NCBI GenBank assembly: GCA_000165345.1
Contig: CM000435.1
Span: 480,001-544,000, forward strand
Length of the DNA: 64,000 bases
Reading direction: 5' to 3'
The first letter of the stretch is position 1, and each line of letters begins with the position of its first letter. Position numbers and translations under genes: made by a program. The notes under the pieces were generated by a model. That model saw nothing but the letters and a program-made list of their open reading frames with translations. It ran no database searches and was not told where the DNA came from. Shown here piece after piece: positions 21,000-31,700 of this stretch.

Positions 21000-23107
21000 A
21001 TGCTAGGAGCCCAACAACAGAAAAGAATAGAGTCCATTCGACAGGAGTTGGACTACTGTCTGCATAAAATGAATGATGTTGATAGTGTTGGAAGAGGTAG
21101 GTTGTAATTTTTTTCAAGTAATTTTTATATGTACTAACTTGTAATCCGAACACAATTGAAGGGCTCGAAGACCTTAAGATTTTGGTCGCAAGAATGGAAC
21201 TGGGGGACATCCATGGAGTACTCTCAAGCGGCCTCTTGGACTCTGATAAGATGAGACCAATGGGCAGGAGGTTCAGCGTCAAAGTAGTTGACTATATTGT
21301 TGAGCGCTTTGGAACGGAACGCACTCTGCCCTACATCTCTTCAATAATGGCATTCTTAATTCAAGGATGCAAAGATATGGAAGTGCATGTCCAAAATTCA
21401 GCAGTCTCAACTATAGGATTAATTGCCAGCTCATTTCTTGCCGAAGAGATTTTTCAACTTAATCAGGATATTGTAGACAATTTCTTTGATCCATTATTTC
21501 AATTCTCAAAAAAGGAAAGCAATCCAACAATTCAAATTAGTTCGATTGCAGCAATTAGTTCTGCGATAGATGGGATGAGTACAAACCTAGTAATTATGAA
21601 TCTTAATAAACTTATGGGAAACTTGGTTCCAATTATGATGAATCCTAATACTTCAGAGGCATGTAGAGCTGTAGTAATTGACACTTTGAGAAAGTTGGTT
21701 GTTCTTGTCTGGACTTTTCTACAAGAAACATCTTTTGGAAGCTCTCCAGGTATGTATGATCTTAAGCAAAAGCAAAATATGGACCCAGAATTGAATGTAT
21801 GCGCAGAAGGTCTTGAATTAAAACAAGTTGAGGGTATTAACGATCATTTGATCCTCCCTATTACTTGGAAACAAATCAGCAGTATTTTTAATGGGATACT
21901 TAAAGAATTACACCCTAACTATACTACAAATAGTAAGAATACCAACGTTAGAAGTGCATCTCTCTCTCTTCTAACTGAAATCATGGTTTGTTGCTTTGTT
22001 GCACAAGCGGGAGCTCTCTTGGCTGCGCACAACAGCAATATCCCTTTGCAAAAACCCATTGATGGAATTAAAACTTATGCAGAAGTCATAATTAATGTAG
22101 TAAACCTTGGAGCTAAAGATAAGTCGCCCAAAGTTAGAGAAGTTGCTCAATATTGTATTAAAAGGCTTCAAGAGGCTAATGAAGCTTACATTCCTGATGG
22201 TAGCGAAATGATGAGTTTTACTCAAAACATACAAATAATCGAAAAGGAACAGCTCAACAACCAAAATATTTCTAAGAGTTCTAAATCCCGAAATAGAATT
22301 ATGAATGAAAATTTCTTTAAAAATGCAACCGATGAGATTTTAGTTAAGCATGTTTCGCCTCCCTCAAGCTGGAGACAAATACAACGCAACGCTATAGAAG
22401 ACAAAGACCAACAGACTAAGTTAGATATGACAACAAAGAGTAGTGAGGAAGAACAAGTTGATAAAGAAGACCAATACCCTGCTTCAGTTTCTAGTATTAC
22501 GGAAACTCAGTCAGTCCATAGTAATAGTAACAGTTTCGTGGGTGCGAACGACTTACTTCCTCAAGATAATACAAGCAATACTCAAAATTACCCTCCTCTG
22601 CATCTTACTGAGGCTGTTAACCAAAATCTATTCTTGCCAGGCTCTAAATATTCTGCAATATCTTCAAATATAAACGCTCCTCTTCCGTCTCCCCTTTATA
22701 TCGTCACTCAACCTCCAGTCATTCAAGGCAATGTGATGAACCATTCAGGTATTAATCAAGAATCAAGTGAAAAACAATTAATTCTCGAAAAGAAGGTAGA
22801 AGAACTAAGTAAAGAAGTAAAAAGACTTATTACAAGACAAAACGAACTGGAAAATGTCGCCCATGTATTAAAGATGGTTGCGATACATAGAGTGGACTCC
22901 CTGGAAGAGAAGATAAAAGGCTTGTCAGATTCCCTTAGGGAGACTAAAAAAGAAGTAAGGCTAGAAATGGACGAAATCCAGAATGAAAAGGCAACCTTGG
23001 AAGAGGACTTAAGACATTTGTCTGTAAATGAGAGAAAGGAGATTATTGGAGATTTTCGCAGGCAATTATATAACAAGGCAAAACAAATAGTAGTTGAAAA
23101 CAAGTAG
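21000..23107 (+). CDS. HEAT/ARM-repeat protein with C-terminal coiled-coil (possibly TOG/SPIRAL2-like), 2 exons (21000-21096, 21162-23107)
   Basis: The track ORF (21182) starts with TTG. An upstream ATG exon joins it in frame through a 65-nt intron (GTAGGT..TACTAAC..AG). The minus-strand ORF 20950-21282 is rejected. Confidence 0.6.
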
Positions 23108-23195
23108 TAGAGATCTTTAAGTAATGCTTCTACTTCCAAAAAACTTTTTTTTGTTAAAATACTAGGTTTAAAGATAAAAAAATTAAAAGTTATAC

Positions 23196-23747
23196 TTAGT
23201 CTGACTTTAAGTTATTCATCTTCGGGATTTTTTCAAAGCTCTTATTGAATTTCTTGGAAATATTGTCGATGTGAGGGGACACCTTTGGGCCTACAATGCT
23301 TGTGTAGAAGGAGTTGATGTAGTTCTTAAGTAAGAAAATATTGACTGCGACGGTAGTGAAAACAAAGAATCCAAGGTTTCTGAGAAAAATGGATGAAAGT
23401 GCCAATACTAAGAATGAAACAAAAGAAATGAATGGGAACTCCCATGAAATAGCGTCTATAGCAAGTTCAATCTTCTTGTTCATACATTCTGCAATGGAAC
23501 TACAATGCTTTTCGAGCATTTCAGATGTTACCAAATCCTTTTTTTTAATAGCTTCAAGTTTCTCTGGAGCTACCTTAACACAAATTCCTCCAGCCAAAAT
23601 CAAGAGAGAGAACACTGAGCAAATGAATCCGAAGAAGTTCCTTCCAAAAAAGATCATAAATGCATTAAATACGGTTGAAGCAACCACTGATTTCCACAGA
23701 GACGACCCATCGAGGAATCCCTTTATCATGCAATTGCATTCTGTCAT
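23196..23747 (-). CDS. Reticulon-like membrane protein (183 aa)
   Basis: Two long hydrophobic hairpin segments separated by a hydrophilic loop, typical of the reticulon-homology domain. ATG at 23747. Confidence 0.45.
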   Translation of the reverse strand: MTECNCMIKGFLDGSSLWKSVVASTVFNAFMIFFGRNFFGFICSVFSLLILAGGICVKVAPEKLEAIKKKDLVTSEMLEKHCSSIAECMNKKIELAIDAISWEFPFISFVSFLVLALSSIFLRNLGFFVFTTVAVNIFLLKNYINSFYTSIVGPKVSPHIDNISKKFNKSFEKIPKMNNLKSD

Positions 23748-23951
23748 CTTTTTGTCTAGTTACTCTTTCAACTTTACTAAACTGATAAATTATTAGAGAA
23801 GACTTAAAGTATTTTATTAATTATTTCCTCTAATGTCTGTTATGTCTTTCCCTCAAAAAACAATCAACGAGAACCCCCAAACCAAACTTTTTGCAACTTT
23901 TAAATAAGAGGGGTGTACCCCGAATAAAATACACAAAAATTCGAGACTAGT

Positions 23952-23959
23952 TGGCGCCA
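23952..23959. promoter_or_regulatory. E2F-like palindromic TGGCGCCA motif, about 200 bp upstream of the reticulon-like gene
   Basis: GGCGCC hexamer in a 30%-GC intergenic region; one of at least 8 such intergenic occurrences in the window. Confidence 0.4.
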
Positions 23960-24071
23960 GAAACATGAATGACAACAAAAATTAATTAAAACAGAAATTA
24001 TAAAATAGTTTGTAATAGTAATAAAAATTGTAGATTCATACTATGCATAATAATAAATATATCCTGTAGGC

Positions 24072-24965
24072 TTAGCTATTCTCCCTGGGAAATAATGCTG
24101 TTAGGAAGTCGGTTGATGTTTTTGTTATGTTATTTAAAAGATTATTTGGATACTCTATAAGCTCAAAATCGTTTCCATCCTCATTGTATAGTTCAAAGCA
24201 GATTGGAGCGGGGCGGATGTTTACATTGTAAATAGGGATCTGGTTCCTATATGCGTAGTGCAGACAACAATCCGTGCAGAGAACGCTGAATGATGTCCCA
24301 ATAAAGATCATTAAGTCAGCTTCGTTCATCCATGTTTGGGCTTTTTCCCACTCATAGAAAGTATGACTGGTATATGATTCGTCAAACAAAAGAAATAATG
24401 GTAATGATGGAGAACTGCAAGAGGGACATGACCATTTTAAATAGAAGTCCTTTGGGATCTTGTTATCTTGGTTAAAAAGCCCTTTCCAATCTATATATGA
24501 AAATTTTGAACTTGAATAGTCACAATTAGGATTTGCACATCTAAGGTAATGAATTCTTCCGTGAATTTCAATAATATTTTCTCTTGGGCAATTTGTCTGT
24601 TGCATGAGCCCATCTATATTTTGAGTGATTACTTTGATTCTGTTAGGAAAATCTGAACACAACTTTGAGAGTACTCTATGTCCTTCATTTGGTTTAGCTG
24701 TTAGAAAGCTGCTCCAGAATTTGAAGTTATTTTGAAATATAGAATACCATTTTATGGGATCTTTTCTGAAACTGCCTATTGTTGCCCAAGCCTCTAGTTC
24801 AGAATTCCAAATCGCTGAGCCATCTCCACCGTCAGATTCCGATCTAAAAAGTGGGATTCCAGAGTCCAAACTTAGCCCTGCCCCTGTAATAAAGAGAATC
24901 TTCTTGCCACTATCAAAAATCTCGCTTCTCAGACTTGCCAAGACCGTGCCAATTCTAGTGTTCAT
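24072..24965 (-). CDS. Sir2-family NAD-dependent protein deacylase (297 aa)
   Basis: FITGAGLSLDSGIPLFRS Rossmann motif and the CxxC...CxxC zinc module (CANPNCDY...CPSCSSP). Confidence 0.85.
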   Translation of the reverse strand: MNTRIGTVLASLRSEIFDSGKKILFITGAGLSLDSGIPLFRSESDGGDGSAIWNSELEAWATIGSFRKDPIKWYSIFQNNFKFWSSFLTAKPNEGHRVLSKLCSDFPNRIKVITQNIDGLMQQTNCPRENIIEIHGRIHYLRCANPNCDYSSSKFSYIDWKGLFNQDNKIPKDFYLKWSCPSCSSPSLPLFLLFDESYTSHTFYEWEKAQTWMNEADLMIFIGTSFSVLCTDCCLHYAYRNQIPIYNVNIRPAPICFELYNEDGNDFELIEYPNNLLNNITKTSTDFLTALFPRENS

Positions 24966-25447
24966 TGATGTTCAATCTACAATCAATTGCCTCTGAAAAA
25001 TAATCAACTTAATAACCCTAATAGAACTTGAGACTATATTTTTAAAGAGAAAGGATGCAAGATCAACCTAGGAAAAAAATTTCTCGTCCCCGGAACGAAT
25101 TGCTAATATGTTGAACAAAGCGACGTCTGAATTAATAACTCTATTAAAATATTAATCAGCGCTTAAATAGTTCATAGATTTCTTTATCGCACTACTTAAT
25201 TAAGAAATATCCATACTGCTAATGGAATACCTCGTCAGTACTTAGTGCTCAGTATTAGTAGTTATGTAAAAGTAAAGTAGTTTCAATTTTCTTTCATATT
25301 TACATTCGACTTCCTAATCGAAGACGTTATCAAAAAACTGTCATGATGGAATTTACTTAAACAAATATAACGTGTCTCGGCTTCTAATTCCCCGCTACTA
25401 AATATTTATTAGTACAAGATCAATGACGAGTGCCTGTGTGCTAGAAA

Positions 25448-25529
25448 GGTGTGGTGACCGAGTGGTTAAGGTGGTGGCCTGCTAAGCCATTGTGCTCTGC
25501 ACGCGCGTGTTCGAATCACGCCCACATCG
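25448..25529 (+). tRNA. tRNA-Ser (anticodon GCT/GCU), 82 nt with a long variable arm
   Basis: Acceptor stem GGTGTGG / CCACATC with discriminator G, D-arm ACCGAGTGGTTAAGGT, anticodon loop CTGCTAA and T-arm GCGTGTTCGAATCACGC. Near-identical to metazoan tRNA-Ser-GCT. Followed by a T-run. Confidence 0.85.
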
Positions 25530-25535
25530 TTTTTT
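25530..25535 (+). terminator. Pol III oligo-T terminator immediately 3' of tRNA-Ser
   Basis: T6 run directly after the discriminator base. Confidence 0.5.
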
Positions 25536-25845
25536 CCCTTTTTCTTTTTTGCATTTTAAACTTTTTCTCTATTTTAGTTAAAGAAAAAAACAATCGTTAA
25601 TTTACATATTTACATATATTTTTAATATTTATACTAATTTCCCTAGCATTAAATTCAACATGAGATAGAAAAATACAATAGATCTCGAAAGACATGATGT
25701 GAATTATTTTTGTACACCTCCTTTTTCCAAAAAACTGTTTTCATTATGCTGAAAGAAATTCATCCAAGAAATTCCATTACTAATTATATCCCTGCTTCTG
25801 CATTATCTTTTAACTACAAAGTTTCGCAATCCGACTATTAGAGAT

Positions 25846-25853
25846 TGGCGCCA
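25846..25853. promoter_or_regulatory. E2F-like TGGCGCCA motif about 90 bp upstream of LSm6
   Basis: Palindromic GGCGCC-core motif in the intergenic region. Confidence 0.4.
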
Positions 25854-25940
25854 TATCTGCTCCCGGTTAGTATCGTTGTGAGCACAAAGTTTTTGGAAAA
25901 TTAGAAGCCATAAACCAGAAGTCTAAGGGTTTTTGAAAAT

Positions 25941-26195
25941 ATGGCAGACTCTGGAACTATTAAGCAAAATAACAAGAGCCCCAGTGATTTCCTGAGACAA
26001 GTCATTGGAAGTCCGGTTATTGTTAGATTAAATAGTGGAGTTGATTATAAAGGATTACTGGCCTGCTTAGATGATAGGATGAACATTGCCATGGAAGACA
26101 CAGAAGAATATGTAGACGGAGTATTTGTTGAAAACCACGGAGATACCTTCATTAGAGGAAACAATGTTTTGTACATTTCTTCTCCTCCAAAGTAG
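25941..26195 (+). CDS. LSM6: U6 snRNA-associated Sm-like protein LSm6 (84 aa)
   Basis: Near-colinear with human LSM6: PSDFLRQVIGSPVIVRLNSGVDYKGLLACLDDRMNIAMEDTEEYV...GDTFIRGNNVLYIS. Confidence 0.88.
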   Translation: MADSGTIKQNNKSPSDFLRQVIGSPVIVRLNSGVDYKGLLACLDDRMNIAMEDTEEYVDGVFVENHGDTFIRGNNVLYISSPPK

Positions 26196-26442
26196 AAAAT
26201 TCTTTCAAGTTACCTTAAATTAAGAAATTGAATGTAAATTGTTAGACTCATCTAAAGCTGACTAGTAAATTATTTAGATAGCTTATTAGAATCCAATGAA
26301 TTTAGGTCCGTTTTTAATCTTTGTTTTTCATATTTTCGGTAATTCGTTTGACGAAAGTCTGGAATTGCGGTTAAAGGGTTTTTGATGCATAAAATCGTTT
26401 TGTTCAGATAAATTACAAGTTTAATTAAGAGAAGCAAAAAAA

Positions 26443-27594
26443 ATGACTGAAATTTCAGGTTCACTTTGGAATGCAAATAACTGGCACTGGGAAGAGAAAG
26501 ATTATTCTAAATGGGGTAAAGAAGAGCTAAGAACAATCATGGAGTCTATTAAGTATTCTTTTGAGCTCGAAGCTCCAAAATTTGAACTATCATTCTCAGA
26601 TCTATCAATCAGAGGTGAAGCGTCTATTTCGGTAAGGAAAAAACAACCGATTTTAGCCTATGAGTTTTCAATATCTGGAACTTGGTCAGTAAATGAAGTA
26701 GAAAGTCAAAAGAAGATCATTCTTGGTCAAATTACAATTCCAGAGTTCTCTGTGGATAATTATGAAGAAGACTTCCCTATTATGATCACATGCAAAGAAG
26801 TTATAAGTAAGGACTACAACTCAGAACTTATTCTTTCAGAGATGAAAAAGAAGGTGGTTGTAAAACTGAGAAAAAAACTTATGGAATTTCATAATAAACT
26901 ATTAAATAAGGAGAACGACCAAAGAAAGATTGAAACTGAGAGAGTTAAAAGAGAGGAAGAAATTAAAACAGCAGAAATTGCTAGAGTTGAGAAGGAAGAG
27001 GAGAAAAGACAAATTTACAATCAACAAATTGAAAAGGAAACGTTAATTAAACAAAGAGAATCTGAAGCATCAACTAAAACAATTGATCCTCATCCTCAAG
27101 CTCAAGGAAGTGTTTGGAATGCAAACAATTGGCACTGGGAAGAAAAACCAGAAACCAACTGGGTTATTTCTACGTTAACAAAGATGATTGAAGATCTATC
27201 AACAAATAAATCTGATTCAGGAAATTCGGATCTGATCCCAATCAGCTTCTCTGAAGTGAAAGTGACTGGGGAAGCATCCTCAAGCGTCAGAAAAGGCAAA
27301 AAAATTTGCGTCCTAGACTGCAGCGTTTTTGGGAGATTTAATGCAATCATTCCAGAAGGAATGTTAAGTCAAAACAAAGAGTCAAATCTAATTGGCTCAT
27401 TTTCTCTTACAGAGATTAATATGATGGATACGCACGATTACGGAAAGAAAATTAATTATGAATCAGCAGAATTGGGATTAAAGACGGCTGATATCCCAGA
27501 GTTTATTGATTTTAAAGGAAAAATAGAAAAACAAATTTTGGGGAGTTTAGATAGTGCGATACAAAAGTTCTGTGTTGAATTTCTAAATAAATAA
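26443..27594 (+). CDS. Aha1-like Hsp90 co-chaperone with two tandem Aha1_N domains and no C-terminal AHSA1/START domain (383 aa)
   Basis: Two copies of the N-terminal signature (SLWNANNWHWEEKDYSKWGKEEL and SVWNANNWHWEEKPETNWV), each followed by GEASxSVRK. A Lys/Arg/Glu-rich linker separates them. Confidence 0.8.
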   Translation: MTEISGSLWNANNWHWEEKDYSKWGKEELRTIMESIKYSFELEAPKFELSFSDLSIRGEASISVRKKQPILAYEFSISGTWSVNEVESQKKIILGQITIPEFSVDNYEEDFPIMITCKEVISKDYNSELILSEMKKKVVVKLRKKLMEFHNKLLNKENDQRKIETERVKREEEIKTAEIARVEKEEEKRQIYNQQIEKETLIKQRESEASTKTIDPHPQAQGSVWNANNWHWEEKPETNWVISTLTKMIEDLSTNKSDSGNSDLIPISFSEVKVTGEASSSVRKGKKICVLDCSVFGRFNAIIPEGMLSQNKESNLIGSFSLTEINMMDTHDYGKKINYESAELGLKTADIPEFIDFKGKIEKQILGSLDSAIQKFCVEFLNK

Positions 27595-27645
27595 ATAGAA
27601 TTAGCTACTATAATTTTGATATACTACAAATCTATCCTTCATGTA

Positions 27646-28239
27646 TTATTTTGAGAATTCACTCATAGCCACGTTGGTCTTTCCATCTCTTAAATCATAC
27701 ACATAAAGAACAACCTTATTGCCTTGAAGGGCCATTAGCATGAAGGATGGAGGAGCATCTGGAGTTAATGCACTAAATGCCCCTGTTGCTGTTCCAGGGT
27801 TTAGAAACAATTTACCATTTTTCTCAAAAACCCTTAATTTATGTGTGTGTCCAGTTACTAATATATCGCAATCTAGACGTCTTTGCCATTGCTCAAGAGA
27901 GCCAGGATCGTCCCATGGAAGAACCTGGTTTCCATGCATCAATCCTATCTTAAATTCTCCAATCTGTACTACTACATATTCGGGAAACACGCCATTACTT
28001 TCAGGGTCAGGATTAAAAATTGCAGAGTCCAAGTCTCCACTAACTATGTATACATTTTTGGTAATATTTTTCAGCATTTCCACGTATTCTTGCGAGCATA
28101 CATTACCTGTGCAGAGAACGTAGTTGATTTTATCAGTAGCCAGCAGCTCTCTAAAATTTGACGGCAACTCTTTTGCTCCGTAGGGAATTTTTAAATCACC
28201 AATCAATAGCACTAAATCTCCAAAGTCTGTGGAACTCAT
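27646..28239 (-). CDS. VPS29: Retromer subunit VPS29 (198 aa from the ATG at 28239)
   Basis: The metallophosphoesterase fold is colinear with human VPS29 (LVLLIGDLKIPYGAKELP, ILCTGNVCSQE, IVSGDLD, GHTHK). The track's 5' extension to 28290 starts with TTG and is rejected. Confidence 0.9.
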   Translation of the reverse strand: MSSTDFGDLVLLIGDLKIPYGAKELPSNFRELLATDKINYVLCTGNVCSQEYVEMLKNITKNVYIVSGDLDSAIFNPDPESNGVFPEYVVVQIGEFKIGLMHGNQVLPWDDPGSLEQWQRRLDCDILVTGHTHKLRVFEKNGKLFLNPGTATGAFSALTPDAPPSFMLMALQGNKVVLYVYDLRDGKTNVAMSEFSK

Positions 28240-28539
28240 TCTTATAGGAGTTGTTTGAGCTTCGGATCTTCTTATTATTAAAGCTATCAAAACTATATTT
28301 GCATAAATAAATTTACTTAAAATTCTATTAATTAATATTTACGAATCGCAGTCCTGAGGAAACTTCTTCCTTATAAAAGACTATTTTTTTAATTAAAGAT
28401 GAATACCTTAAAACCCCCAATGTATTAATTTATAGTTTTCCTACTTCTTTAGATAGCTTAGTCTCTTCTCAGACTCAAGCCTTAATTAGGGCTTTCGCAA
28501 TACCCCCCAATACCCCCAACCGAAAAATAGCCATTTGAG

Positions 28540-28547
28540 TTGGCGCC
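28540..28547. promoter_or_regulatory. E2F-like TTGGCGCC motif in the VPS29 / secreted-protein divergent promoter; GCATGCA at 28565-28571
   Basis: GGCGCC core plus the adjacent GCATGCA palindrome. Confidence 0.4.
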
Positions 28548-28710
28548 TAAAGTTTGAATTTTTTGCATGCAATGATGATTTTTTGATCTAAAAGGAGTTA
28601 ATAGATAAATAAGAAAATTCTTTATATTGGATATGTAACCTGAGATTTACAAGGAACTAGAACCTTTCTTTCGCACAACTTACTGTAAAAGTTAGGTAAT
28701 TGCTTTAAAG

Positions 28711-31700
28711 ATGAAATTTCCAAAGGACTTAATAGGCTTTTGGATATTATCGTCAATGTTTTTTATCTGTTTTTCATTAGTTTATGGTACTAAAACAGAA
28801 AGCAATGTCAAAAATAGTCTCCCATACTTGGAACTAAACAAAGGAAACAAACAAGGTCTATTGCGACAGCACAGAATGGTGGGAGAATTTTTGGAATGTA
28901 CTTATGTTGAGCATATCGATAAAAATTTACAAGATGGAAAAAATGAGGATTATTATCCAGGAACAGGAATTGATCGAAACAAAAGTAGAGTGGTTTCTTT
29001 GGAATCAATTGATATTTCGAGTAAAATCATCAAAACTTTGGAATGTCAGAAAAAAATTATTGAACGTTGGATGAAAGATATTACTAAAACTTTAAAAGAA
29101 AATTTGTTTTCAGTCATTGAAATAAGGAGCTGGAGAGAAATGACAAGACCAAAAAGCTTGAATGGAGAAGCTGGCGAAATTTTAGCAATTCTAGAGAATA
29201 AAAACTCGAGTCCATTAAATAAAGTTAAAGAGGCTGTGGAGGCATTTGAAAAGTATATAACAGAACTTCACGATGCCTACTCAGAATTCCGAAATTCTGA
29301 AGAAAAGCTGGAATCTGCTTCTACTGAAGAAGAAAAAAGAACCAGAGCACAAGTTGCAGTGTTAATTCTTGGTCAAAAGGAGAACAGAAGTCTGCTTAAA
29401 TTTACAAAGATAATACGCAACAACGCGGACGATGCAAGAGATTCAAAAAAACTTCTTGAGAAACTGTTTCCACTACTTTCTGGTGAAAGCTATAACAACA
29501 GAATTCTTCAAGCTCTGGAGCTTATTCAAATTTGTTTCTTTTTACTTAATGGTTTGAATGTTTTATCCGTATTTGAAGAACAGAGGTTATCTAATAAGTT
29601 CAGAAGGGATATGGAAAGAAGGAATTTAATTTACCAGCACAAAATTGAAAATAAAACTCTTTCAAGGTACCCAAAATTCTCAAACTCACCAAATTTTAAG
29701 GATATATCAAATTTCCTCTTGAGCTCTGTAAATAAATCAAGTGATGCTGAAAGTGAAAATAAAGTAAAAGTTGAATTTATTCAGATGTTTGATGAGATTA
29801 CTCAAGACTTTGGTATTCGTTGTCCATATTTTCTTACTTCAATATTGAGATCCGGAAAAGTTGGTCACTCTTTAAAAGGAGAAGAGTTGTTCGATTTAAA
29901 TGCAGTAAAAAATTGTCGGCTTGCATGGAAGGAAATATCTTCGTATTTATATAAAGAAGGCCAGATTGTTCCTTCAGCTGCAATTAGACAAGCATTGAAG
30001 AAAGCCCTATACAAACATGTTAAGACAGTTTATGTTTGGCCTAGAAATGCTTTAGGACTATTTAAAAGTCTTTTTGATCGTTCTGAATTTGAAAGAGCAT
30101 TTGATACTAGCAATGAAAAGAGATTTATATCCACTTGTTCTGAGGCTATAAATAAAGAAATTGGTCTAGGAACTTCCCATGCAGTTAGTTTGGACGAAAT
30201 TGCAATCATATGTTTTGATTTCTTTAATTTATTAGAGTTTTACACAGATCAGTACAACTACGGAAATCAGGAGAATGTTGGAAGAGATGGAAACACCATT
30301 CTAGCAACTAAAAAGTACGTAAATATTAATACTTTACCATCAAAAATTAAGGCAAAAGCACTGGACGTAGCTTGCTCTAGAACATTAGTTGGATTAATCG
30401 ACTTTCCGCCATTCAAATCTAATGATCTTGACAGAACGGTTATCGGTATTCTAACAACAAATTTTATGGAAACATGTGTTCAACGTATAGAAACTGTTCT
30501 TGGAGAGGCGTCGAAGTATAGAATAAGTAATCCCCAAACAATATGTACAGAAGTTAGAAATATCCTTAAGGACTATAATATGTTGTCTCAAAAGCCTGAA
30601 AATATAGAGGGTTCAATGGATATTTTTGAGCAATTTAATATTCTTGATACATCTATAGTTACAGAAACTTCAAAAGGTGCATCCAAACCCTCGGATAGCA
30701 TTGAATATCTAAAAATGCTTCAAAGTAAGCTTGGTAGCTTACAGCCAAGTTTTCAATCTACCCAAAGTAAAGATATAGGAATTTCCCCAATAAGACAGCT
30801 TGACCCTGTGAAGGCATATAATTTGGTCCGAAAAATGCATTTAGACTGGATGGAGCAAATGAGAAATGATCCAAGATATAAAGGTTTTACAGATTTAGAA
30901 TTGAAAAATAACTCTCCTTGGAACAAACAAATGAAACTTTGGCATGAATTAATCACTCCTGAATTACCTGAAGTTAGATATGCAGCATCATACCTTAACA
31001 ATAGACCTTCTAGATTTCCGTTGATTTCTGGAGATAAGAGAGGAAAACATAAAAAAATCACTCCTTTAGAGGAATTTCTTAATGAGGATTTGGATCCAAA
31101 ATATAGAGCCAGATATCCACTAGTTGAAAATGGTCCGTTCGAAGAACAAGATTTTTATTATGATGACGAATATTATAAACATCCTTATGAAGATTCTATA
31201 GCTGCTGAAGCAGCTCAAACTCGAGAATATTACATTAAAAGGAAAAATGGGAGCTATATAAAGAACGAGAAAGGAAGTTATATTAAAGAAAGAAACGGAA
31301 AGTATGTTAAAATCAATAAAGGAGATTATATTAAAGAAGGGAGAAGAAACTATATTAAAAAAGACGAAGGCTATTATACTAAAAATGGTGAGATAAACCA
31401 GCATTATGCCGCAGTTCCAGTTATCCATGGAGAACAAATCACAGCGCAATTAGTGAGACCCAATAAAGAATATAATATTAAGGCATACCAAACAAGGAAT
31501 AATGCTTTGATTAACTACTCCTATATTGACAATGGATGCAAAGGCGAAGAATTACCTTTACTCTGGGGACAAAGAGCAACCATTTTACATGAAAATATGA
31601 TTAAAGGTTTCAAAATGGTTAAATATAGAGGGAAATATGGGCCAGGACATTTTGTATCTATGGATGATATATGTTATATTTTGGAGAGAGACTTTAAGGT

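Noticed and set aside
20950-21282. 110-aa - strand ORF overlapping the HEAT-gene 5' end
   Set aside because: The + strand ATG exon and canonical intron (GTAGGT..TACTAAC..AG), joining in frame to the 641-aa ORF, explain this region better.
28240-28290. 17-codon 5' extension of VPS29 in the ORF track
   Set aside because: It begins with TTG rather than ATG. The Met at 28239 aligns with the N-terminus of VPS29 orthologues.
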